From Antedon mediterranea (lineage: Eukaryota > Animalia > Echinodermata), in the NCBI RefSeq assembly GCF_964355755.1, contig NC_092670.1, positions 6,004,201-6,068,200 of the forward strand: a stretch of 64,000 bases of DNA. The letters are read 5' to 3'. This document shows, one piece after another, positions 53,217 to 64,000 of this stretch; position 1 is the stretch's first letter; each line of letters begins with the position of its first letter. The notes under the pieces were generated by a model that did not search any database, was not told the origin of the DNA, and saw only the letters and a list, made by a program, of their open reading frames with translations. The translations under genes and the position numbers were made by a program.

Positions 53217-54999
53217 ATCAAGGCGAAGTGAAAGATGAAAATATAACCAATTTTTATCTTTCCCTGAATGAAATTGTAAGAATTTATAAAAAATTAATTC
53301 ATGAACGTGCAAACCGAACTTGCAGTACTCGCATAACGTCATTGTACACTCGAAGTAATTAAGAGTGCAATAGAAAATTTATTTAATATGTGATACAAAA
53401 TCTTCCAATCAAATGACAAGAATTATCATAGATAATGCAATGTAGGTATGAACACAATTCTAATTAATTCAAATTGCAATAGTATGCTGACAGCATTTGT
53501 TTTGTCACAAACCACAAATGATGGTCTGTGCTACATCTGGTAATTCAAAATCATGATGAGTGCATATGATAATCACCATTTAATAATAACCAGATATTTT
53601 TCGCTAACCAAATTATATTTTTTTTATGAAAGCTGCTTTGTGCCACTATTAACTATAAATTATTGAATTACTATGTTGAAATTTTAAACTGAAACAAAGT
53701 AAAAATGTTGACTGTAGTAAGTAACAAATTTAATTTGCAAAAGATTTTATTTGTTTGCCCATCATTTCCAAAACAATTAAGTCCCTAAGTACACTTTTCT
53801 TTTAAAAAAAATGAAGTTTTGTGATGTAGGTCATATCCTATCAGATATTGGTTTTTTTTCACCTAACAAAACAACTCTACTCAGAAAGCAAAGGTTTTGC
53901 TTATCTAGATCATTTTGTGTGTATGTTGACATTGTGAATAGAGTCACCTGTATATCGAGACAGTGAACAAATGATAGTCCGAGGCAATGTCCCTAAATAA
54001 GAAGAAAAATAATAAAGTAAATTTAGTTAAAGAAGAAATTAAAACCTAATAAACTGTCTTGCTGTCAACCAACAGACACCCTAACTCCTTAAAAATAATT
54101 GTTCACATACTACACAATTTCCTATTTTTTAAATGTTTAAATAAACCCCTTTTCAGACTAGCATTCTGCATTATATTTGTATTCATATTGTCCACATACT
54201 GCACAATTTTCATTTTTTTTTATTTTCAAATAAACCCCTTTTCACACTAGCATTCTGCATTATATTTGTATACATATTGGCCATTTAATTGTTTTTAAAA
54301 AATCTGTTTTTTTGTTATTTTTATGATGCAAAAATGGTTACTATATGTGATCAATTGTTCCACAGTGAAGGGAGACAATAAAATCACAGAATCATTATTT
54401 TATTATTAAAAAATAATAAAATTTACATAACAGTGACCTGTAGGTGTTTTGCATTTATTTGTTTCTGCTTGTTAAGATCAACGTGCTAATTTTACATATT
54501 TTCCAAGGAACCAAAGATACAAGATACAATCAAAGTACAGTACAGAGTTTTTGGAATAAATATAATATGAGGCTTGATATAATTAAAGATTGTAAGGTCC
54601 ATACACAATTGTACATATATTCCTTTGACATTCAAATATATCTTGAAAAGAATACCATCTTGAAATGAAGCCCAGTGGGCTTTTTTTTTTTCGAGATTAC
54701 CTTTGCAAACCACAGAGGGGCTTCTTTTGAGATGGGCTTCTTTTCGAGGTTTACAATATGTTTGAAACATCAAAATGAACATTAAAATATAATGCTTTTG
54801 ATATATTTATCTTTGTTTACTGTTATTTTCCTAATGAATTTACAGATTAGTTTTTATCAGTGGATTAGAATGTTTTATTTTCACATCTGCTCATGTATCT
54901 TTGTTTCTACTTTTTTGTATGAAAACACTCACGAATAAATTAAATCCTAAGAACATAAAAGCTCATTCAATATTCATCATCTTAGTTGTGATTCACGCT

Positions 55000-55200
55000 T
55001 ATTACCAATAGTCGACTGTGATTGGCTATAATATATTAAGGCGGAGCTAATAGTTATCGATTCGCGAATTAGGAGACAAGGTTTTTAGTTTTTAATAAGA
55101 TCGCGTCAATCATCGGTCACATGACTAGCCCACGTGTCCAAGGCAGAATTCGAGGTATTTACTGTCTTTTTAGAAGGCGGTGCTCCAATCAATCGCATCA
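55000..55200 (+). promoter_or_regulatory. Putative IGF2BP promoter
   Basis: CCAAT (~55004), GATTGG (~55020), CCAATC (~55185), E-box-like GTCACATGAC and CCACGTG, and local CpG enrichment within ~320 nt of the ATG. Confidence 0.5.
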
Positions 55201-55317
55201 CACTCACAATCAGACTCTCTCAGTCCGGCAATTTTGCCTCTTTTCACCCCCAAATAACGCCTCTTAGGCTCATATTTCATCTGATAACTAAGCCGGGATA
55301 CTTTTAAAACCCTCATA

Positions 55318-58300
55318 ATGAACAAGATTTTTGTTGGAAATGTCAGTAACGAAGTTACAGAAGATAACCTACGCCGAATTTTCGAAGAAAATGGCGTTCC
55401 CCCAACAAGCGTGCTGATAAAGACACCAGTACAAGGAAAATCGGATAAAACCTTTGCATTCGTAGATGTAGATAGCCAAGAATTGGCTGATAAAGCTATT
55501 GAAAAATTAGATGGTAAGTAGTCAAGCGAACACATTGACGACTGAGCTTATTTTAATGTATCTATGTTGGCAATTTACGATCCTGTAACTGTACTCTGTA
55601 TGTAGGCCCTAGTGTATTTTATATGAAACATGTGGTGCCAAATGCGGCAATGAAAATCGTTCCTGGAGCATTGTTGTATTGTTGTATAGGCCTATTGTAC
55701 AATGAATGAATGAAATCACATGTGTATTGTTTGCATTATGCCTAGGCTAGTATATTAGGCCTATCTTCTATTCTAAAATGTCCATGTAGATCTAGGCCTA
55801 GAGATGACTATGGGTAAAATATCCCAATATTTTAAGCAAGTAGGCTAAATCAGTTTCAATTAATAGAGTTTTGTTGTATAGCCTACTAAGCTAGGCCTAA
55901 ATGATGCATAATAATTAATATTATTACTAGGCCTATTTAATAATTAGCCATGTGTAAAAGAGGCCCAGAGAATAGGTTAAGCCTATTTTATTAGATTATT
56001 TATATACTACCTAGGTCTAGACCCTATTTTTCTGTCTTAATATGCTAAGCTAACGACACACTGTATCATTCATAATTGATTATAATCAAAATAGAATGTG
56101 ACCAATCTTACTGTACCATATCTGTTACTCTGGCTGCTAAAAGTATGGTATTGAGAATCCAGCCTCTCTAAGCAATGGTGAGAAAAGGGATGATGGTGGC
56201 CTAGTGAGTAAAAGAAAATAAATTTAGGTACTGACGAGTTTAGAACTCCTACACCGTGCGATCATGCAGCTGGCTTGCAGAATACCATTGGCATAATTTT
56301 TATTTATGCTTGCATAGCGCCCCCTATAATTACCGTACCTTTAGTAGCAAATGGATACGATACCATAGTTCAAGTACAGTCAACTCTCCCAATACCGGAC
56401 ACCCTTGGGCGGGCATATATTTTCCGGTTTTTCGAAAGTCTGGTTTCCTGAAAACATATTTTTAAAGTCATCACGTTGTCACTGAAAATGCTTTGAATCA
56501 CCGGTCCGAATGCTGCCCGGTACGGTCTAGCGTAGGGAAGGCCTAGGCTATGATTGTGTCAAGCTAGTTTTAATTAAATAAATACTGATAGGCCTAGGCC
56601 TACTTTATTAGTATTACTAAATAAATTTACCTTTTTTAAAAGTTACATTATTTACTGTACCAATAAAACATGTTACAGTAGTAAATTATTGTTTCTCAAT
56701 GTGTTTTTAGCGGCAAAAAGGCTAGGCCTACGTACGTACGGTGAACATAATTTTGGTTGTTTATTGTTTATCGCGAGCAAGCAGCAGCATGGGTGATAAA
56801 AATAGCATCAATGCGCATGTGCAGAGGTGTCATAATCAAAAAACACCCACACTTAGACCACATGTTTTTTAAGCTCCTTTATTTTGACGTAATTTGATAG
56901 CAATAAACGAGCCAAGCAATAATGACACAATAATTAATTGGTAACATTTCAAAGTTTATTAACACTAGTCAAGTTCATTCCGTTTACGTTTTGCCATAAT
57001 GATTTCCAAATTTATAATGATGCACATTTTTAGTGAAACATTCCTTTTTAAAGTCCTATTGCAAATTGTGAAATTAACAATAATTTAAACAAAACAAAGA
57101 CACAAAGTGGAATGTAAATTGAACTTTATTAAAAAACAATTCATATGCTAAAAACAATAGACATTAAGACATAGCGCTTCACCGCAGTTCGATACGCAAC
57201 AAAGCAATTGCCACCTCATGGGTTAACAATGAACTGACCTGTCAATCACAGTGTAGCGCTCCATGGCAACATTATTTGATCGTACCGCGAAACGTTGCGC
57301 ACTTCATGCAAGGTCCGGTCCAGGGTATGGTTAAAAGCTTTTGTACATTGTGAATGTATTGAATCCGAGTCGGCGACGACGATGTTGCGTTGTTTTTGTA
57401 AATATTTGGAGTTTTTTAACTGTCAGTCCTGTTTTCAGACGCTAATTTTCGTGTTTTGTACTTCATAATTTGTCCGGATTCCGGAATTGGGTATTCCGGT
57501 TTTCATAATAAATTACAGTACATTTAGAATAGGGACAAATTGGGCCCTCCAAAAAAGTCCGGTTTTCCGTGAATTCCGATTTTGAGAGAGTCCGGTATTG
57601 GGAGAGTTGACTGTATAGGAAACTGATAAATTTGTAGTTTTCCAGTCAGTGAGGCAATTTTGTTGCTCACCATAGTCAGCACTGCCAATTAAAGACCCCT
57701 TCCCTGCAATTTTGGACGTTTTTTTGAAAATAATACATATATATCACTTTAAACACATTAAACCATGTCATTCCTTGTCTTAAATGTACGTTTTATGGTA
57801 AATTATGATAAAAAGTGAGAAACAATGCACTACCTAAGTAGCTCGCGGCAATCGACCTCTCATGGACGGTCTTAGGCCTAGCCTAGCTAGGCTTAGTTTT
57901 GTAGACAAACATCGTACGCTAGCTACAGGCCTTGTCTTTTAAGGCGAGTGAGAGTGATCACTCACCTAACACACTCCTATTCCTAAACTGCGCTTGAGGA
58001 GTGCGATTTACAACACGCCTAAATTTGGTAAACTTCTACACACCAAAGTACAAACAGCACAATTACAGCACCCCTGAATGTGATGAGGAGTGCAATTTGT
58101 AGCACACCTACAATTTTGAAAATACAAGGCCTGTAGCTACATACCTAGCCTGACGTTGTATAGTTGCTGCATTAATTGTCTTTCTATTTTTGCCAGACTC
58201 GGTTGATACCAATTGGGGAAAACCCGGTATTTTCGCTGAAAAGTTAGTCTTCCATTTGTTTTGGGCCTCACGATCGATCGAAAAGTGGGCGAATTACAGG

Positions 58301-61300
58301 TGAAAAACAAAAATATCAATCCGCGCGCAATGCATTTTGGCATTTATAGCGGGCCGCTATAATTATTAGAATCGACTTATTTTCCACAATTTTAACCGTT
58401 TAAAGACGAAAAAAGTTATCGCAATAGGACCATATAGTATATTTTTACATTAAATATAGTTTGTGATCTTAAATTAGATCTAAAAAACGTAGGGAAGGGG
58501 CTTTTTTAAGTAAGATTAGAATTTGAGATAGCTGTGTTATGTAGACAACAAGAAAATAATTTTGCTGGTTTCAGAATGTATTAAATCATTGTCTCAATAA
58601 TGAGTTTTTATGGAAGATGACTCAAAACTCAAATTGATAGTAAGGAGTTATTACTGTAAAATATTATTCACATGAGATCTTTTGTAAACAATTATTTATT
58701 ATAATTTATGAATGGCTTAATAAGAATACTCTGATCATATGAGCCTTCGTCGTAAAGCTAATTACTGTATATTAAAATCAAAGTGTAGCATTGAGAAATA
58801 ATTCTCCATACTGTAGGGTTTTAAAGTCATACAGTAATTATGGTTTACAGTAAGTAGTACTACAGTAGTACTAGTAGTGATGAAGTCAACAGTACACTAT
58901 CCTATTCAGGAGAGGAATCCATACAATGTATAGTTATTTACGTGGTTTTAATTTAGTGGCCTGTGAAATAAGAAAAAGAAATGGTACCCTGCTGTTCAAT
59001 GTATTATCCAGTCACTAAGCTACAGTACTTATTGTATGACCTTTATTTTACCTTTTCTCCAAGGAATTGTATGATAAAAATAAATGGAATTAACATGTTT
59101 GAGAACATCCTATACCAAAATACAGTAGAAGCTTCGTTTTTATATCCCCGGATTTTATGTACGCACAAAATGACCGATTTTAGTATTTAACCATAATAAT
59201 GTCTTATTTTCTTGCATTGAGGACACAATTTAACAACAAAATTGTGGGACCAAAATTTTTACAAAGGTGATGATGGGGCTACAGTACATTGATTGAATGA
59301 TTGATTGAAATTTATTATTATACTGGGTAACCTCTTCAGTCAAAGACTGGTTTCCCAGAGGGCCCAGTTAGTGATCAGTGGCTGTGATGTACTAATTAAT
59401 ACACCGTGGTAACTCCCTACTCGTCTCGAAAGATGTACTATTGTACAGTAGGTCCTTTAAAGTGCACACAAGCTTCAATAAATATTTTTAAAGTGTAGCA
59501 TGTCACTGTATGTGGACCAGGCATACAGTAATACTAATAGAATAGTACATTAATCTAAGCATAAATAAAGTAATTCTAATAATTGGCAGGTTGGTGGCAA
59601 ATGCACAGCAATACCAGACTAATTGCCTCTATTACAACATCTAGTGATGATAATGCCAGTGCTTGTGAAAACATTTTCAGTTTTTGCCAACTACATGCAG
59701 CTTTGAAATCATTCTTTGTCTTCCTTGTCTAGGTTATAATCTTCTTGGATCTGTAATCGCTGTTGAGCACTCGGTTCCCAAAAGAGGAAGAAAGTAAGTA
59801 AACAATTTGTATTATAAAGCATGTGAAACTAACTGTGTATCCAGTAGTTTCTACTGTAATTGTGTGGGATTTTCTATCTGAAAATTAACTATAAAAAGAT
59901 GAAATAAACAAACAGCATTCCAATAATTAAGTAACAAGTAATAAATATTTATTACAATTTTTATGGATCATTTACTTTGATGTACTTTGTAACCCCAAAA
60001 AATATCCCACCATTGAAGAAATATATATCAAATGAGGGTTTTAAAGTATGTTATAGAATTAACTGCAAGGTTTTGCAGTTATAATTGATATGGATAGACA
60101 TATAGATTGTTTTACATACTGAAAGGGTCAAAAGGTCAGACATACTGAGAACAGGAAAAGGGTTGGATGTAAAATGTAGGCTGCAGCCTGCTACTCATCC
60201 TGGCAGACTGCCTTTAAACATGTTGCCTATTCAGTCACAAAAGGGTGAATCTGTGACTAACCCATCTTGACTAAAATACCACTAAACAAAAATCAATAAA
60301 ATATAATAATGCATAAATAAATGTAGATTTAATTTAATTCTAGTGAGGAAGATAAGTGATCTTGCAAAATAATGATTTTTTATGAACAATTGAATTATAT
60401 CATTTACAGTATAAAATAATATAAAATTTGTCTAAATATGGTACAACATTTAAGAGGATGTCTCATCATTTGTCATTAGCAATCAACCATGAAAGTCTAC
60501 GGATAGTACACCACTACAAAACTGATGGAGAGGAGAGCATAGTAATATCTTTGTTCAATGCATAATATGATTAAATATTTAACAAATGTTTATTGATCAC
60601 CTCATTGTGTTATTTTGTTTTTTCTGCCTTTATTTTATATGTTCAGCATGTGCTATTAGGTCAGTCACCATCAATCAACAAGGTTCAATAAAATAATAAT
60701 TAAAAAAAACAATTCTTGTTGCTTATACAGTAGTCAAGCTGGTAACAACGGTGGTGGACAAAACGCTCAGAATGGTGTCCCACGTAAACCAACCATGGAG
60801 GTTAGACTTCACAACATCCCTCTACAAGTATCTGTGCAAGATGTTGAAAGGTTACTAAACACTTTTGGATCCGTTTCTAAATGCGACAAAGGTAACTATA
60901 ATGTAATGCCATCCCCCCCCCCCCTCCCCCCCCCAGAATGTAGGTAGATCCACAAAGTGTAGCATAGCCAAATACTATACACAAACTGCTAAACAGAATT
61001 GTGCTTCCTACTCCAAATTCGGATGTATCAGCAGGCTAATCAAATTGAAAAGGTTCCCCGATGCATTTAGTATGTAACACAGATTAAAACATTAAATGCT
61101 AATTATAATGAAATGATGGTGACCTTTTGCTGAATAACCAACCAGGAAAACTTGATTCATTGTAATAGGCCTAGCCATGAATATAGTAGGCCTACCAATG
61201 TAATAAGCCAATGCATTGTTGCACTGATGGCTGGGTGGCCGACCACTCATTTATAGAAATGTTGATTATTTTGTGAATATACAGTATTGAACTGTTTAAA

Positions 61301-64000
61301 AACAATTGTATAATGTACTGTGGGTGTTATTCAAATACCAGTTGTTTGTAAAATAATCAGTATTTGAAAACATGTTTTTTTCTTATTAGATTCTAATGCC
61401 TCTTTAAGTCTATACTAATCTGAACACTTGATCTGTTTACCAGAAACAAAATTGTGATTTACATATAAATATTTAATTTAAACTTATTTGCACTGTTTAT
61501 TATATTCACTTTATAACCTTTTTTTTTTGCGTAGTACTACTAGTAGTATTGGCATACATAAAATATTGTTAAATGTCAAGAAGCTTGAATGATACGAAGC
61601 ATAATATGTTAATGTGCCTGATTCTCCTCGTTAAGCATGCTTATGTATGGATAAGAGCTGTTCTGCATGGCAGCCATTGTGCTTAAACATAAAATATGTT
61701 ACACAAGTCTACTTTACTTGGCTAACATAAAATATTTTGCACTAAGTCTACTTTACTTGGCTTATAGATAATTTGTTTAAACTTTGCCCTATTACAGTAC
61801 ATTCAGTACTCAATGATTATATTAAACATTTTTTTGTGTAAAATAATCTATTTTAGTGATTTTGTATAAATCATGTCATTTTTAATGTAAAGCCAATTTA
61901 ACAGGTTGTGAAGTAGGTAACAATAACATTAGATTAGAACCAGTTTTTTGCTTCCAGCTCATTAAACACAGTCTAGACAAAATTAGTTGGTGAAATTTAA
62001 ATCTATTTTATGTCACAACATTTATTGCTTGCAACATTGCTTGAAAATTATTTTGAGAAAGCTAGTTTCTATCTGATTATCAAATTTTTCCAATTTCTAC
62101 TGCCAAGAAAAAAAAAGATAATTTATTCGCACATTATTGAAGCAGGCCCTTATAATTAATACACAATCAAATTGGTTAAATAAGCCCAATATTAGAATTT
62201 CTGGTTCTTATTTGCTTATTGTTTTATTCATTTTTAGGGGCAGAAGGTAAAAATGGCTACACAGTATATGCTACATACAAGGCCCCAGAACAAGCACAAC
62301 AAGCTGTTCACCAACTAAATGGTTATGAATATGAAGGCTCAAATCTTAAGGTATGTTTTCTTTGTTGTGTATTTACTGTAGTATGAGAAATGTGAAACCA
62401 GATTGGGAATTTGTAAGAGAAAAAACTTGTACTAGCTTGAAGACATTGTCTAGCTTATACATCACAACTAATATACAAATGGTTGCCGATCATGTTAACT
62501 ACTGTATTAATGATCTCTTTTTAATTTCCTGTTTGTAATGGCTTTCTAGTCCACAAGAATAATGCCTTGCCACATCACCATTGACACCTGACTTAACAAC
62601 ATTATAAAGATGTTTAAGCAGTCATTTAGCCATAGCAACTATCGCCAACAAGACTTGTTTCTTGTATTATTACTGTGGTAATTTTATTTTGGAAAATAAA
62701 AATATGGCCATGGGAAAACTGTCTTGGCTTGTCTTGAAACATAATGCAAGATTCTCGTCGTTCTTTGCGTCGTAAAATGATCCGGTTATTAATTTGAAAA
62801 TGCATCGCTTCAGTTGATTTTTTTCATCAAATTTTCTACTTAAAGCAATAATTCATGTGCGATGTTCCATCATTGTACTCTCCTCATTTAGATGTTTACT
62901 CTTGGGTTTTAGATTGTGGAAAAAAGGAATTCTAATAATTCATTTGAATATGTTTATATGTATACAAATAAGAACTGTAATATCAAATTGTAACCTGAAG
63001 CATTTTATTCAATTCAAATTTACAATTAGTTGCAAAAAATGCATGTTTTCATCTGTCTTGTTTTTATGGCCAGCTAAATCATACATAATAATTGTTTCAT
63101 CGAATGGCATGTATTTTTTTTATCTTCGTAGGTAAGATATCACAATGGCCCTCGTGGACAACGACGCTACCGTAACCAATCTGGATTTATGAATAACCAA
63201 CGTGGTTCAGGACGCAGTAAACCAGACTTTTTAATTAGGTATATCTTTAGTTTTATCTATTTTAATTTTACATAATACAATTAACTAGTGCAATCAGAAA
63301 TGCTGTTAAAATCAAATGAGGTTATCGACAATACTGCCAGTAGTCAATATATATTGGCTCAGTCAATGTAATTGGTCCTATCAACACGATAACCTCGCCA
63401 TCTAATACCTTTGTTTTCTATCAGTAAAGTTGACTTTACATTAGATGTCCACCGTGCCATAAAATCATTCGACAATCTGTAAATATTATTTCCTTTAAAC
63501 GTGAACTTAAAGAATTTATTTCCAGTTAATATTGTTTGTACTGTGTATATATATTTTTTTATCTGTCAACGATTTTAACTTCTATATGAATTTTATATAA
63601 TCATTGTAAATTTATTGGCCTATATTATGTCATTTGAATATTTAATTTAATTTAATATTTTATGTGTTGTACTGTATGTATGTTTTATCGAGGGCCCTAA
63701 ATGATCAGTTCTATTAGGAACTGGATAGGCTACCCTCGGTAAAGATGGAAATAAATAAATAAATAAAACTTGTCAATTTGTGCATTATATAAACTGTATA
63801 CCTAGCCACAAGGCTATAGTAGATAAGCAATTTGAATTAAGCAGTGTATGAATTGGTTTGAACATCCTGTAACATCAGGATCTCTGCTTCTTTTAAGTGT
63901 GCATAATCAGTGTGTCTTAGCATTATTATTATTATTTCATGCTTTCTATTCAGGATGCTCGTCCCAAGTGAACTAGTTGGCGCCATCATTGGTAAAGGAG
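55318..64000 (+). CDS. IGF2BP: IGF2 mRNA-binding protein (IGF2BP/IMP/Vg1RBP family), 5' part; continues beyond the window
   Basis: Exons 55318-55513, 59733-59793, 60731-60891, 62238-62350, 63132-63238, 63954->64000. RRM1 MNKIFVGNV...FAFVD...ADKAIEKLDG...VEHSVPKR (cf. vertebrate MNKLYIGNL...VEHSVPKR). RRM2 LHNIP...AQQAVHQLNGYEYEGSNLKV. KH1 start DFLIRMLVPSELVGAIIGKG. Confidence 0.92.
56377..57613. mobile_element. Non-autonomous Tc1/mariner-pogo-type DNA transposon (~1.24 kb) in IGF2BP intron 1
   Basis: TA|CAGTCAACTCTCCCAATACCGGAC ... GTCCGGTATTGGGAGAGTTGACTG|TA: perfect 24-bp TIRs and TA TSD; no transposase ORF. Confidence 0.9.
57693..58505. mobile_element. TTAA-flanked MITE (Kolobok-like); a related fragment lies at ~49956-50140
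   Basis: TTAA|AGACCCCTTCCCT..TTTTT ... AAAAA..AGGGAAGGGGC..TTAA imperfect TIRs. AATCCGCGCGCAAT...AAAGACGAAAAAAGTTATCGCAATAGGACCAT is shared with the USP40 intron 22 copy. Confidence 0.75.
63430..63769 (+). mobile_element. LINE 3' UTR remnant
   Basis: AT-rich UTR-like stretch, stem-loop CAGTTC..GAACTG, then (AAAT)n tail. Confidence 0.5.

Noticed and set aside
55170-55535. 121-aa minus-strand ORF
   Set aside because: Antisense shadow of IGF2BP exon 1 and its 5' UTR.
56225-56255. CTGACGAG as a hammerhead ribozyme core
   Set aside because: No GAAA follows the putative stem II and no closing stems are evident.

Overview
This is AT-rich metazoan genomic DNA, not prokaryotic; the repeat landscape and gene set suggest a marine invertebrate, but the taxon cannot be fixed from sequence alone. 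I reconstructed three intron-rich genes by hand from GT-AG junctions with consistent phases. (1) A 24-exon minus-strand VWDE-like type I membrane protein (29911->2600, ~1608 aa): signal peptide, D8C, VWD with GDPH, EGF, mucin-like stalk, TM. (2) A divergently oriented 27-exon USP40-like deubiquitinase (34208-52789, ~1277 aa). (3) The 5' part of an IGF2BP/IMP RNA-binding protein gene (55318 to window end: RRM1, RRM2, start of KH1). Introns hold many mobile elements: a near-full-length L2-type LINE, a Rex1/Babar-type LINE nested in a decayed RTE-like LINE, a 2.55-kb non-autonomous Helitron, MITEs and SINEs. The most notable oddities are a ~6 x 887-bp almost identical intronic tandem array whose terminal 30-mer recurs in a USP40 intron, a displaced decayed copy of USP40 exon 4, three perfect NF-kB sites upstream of the VWDE-like gene, an eIF4E-binding-like YxxxxLL motif at the LINE ORF start, and a LOTUS-like insert in USP40. 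All calls are by eye; no alignments or database searches were run.
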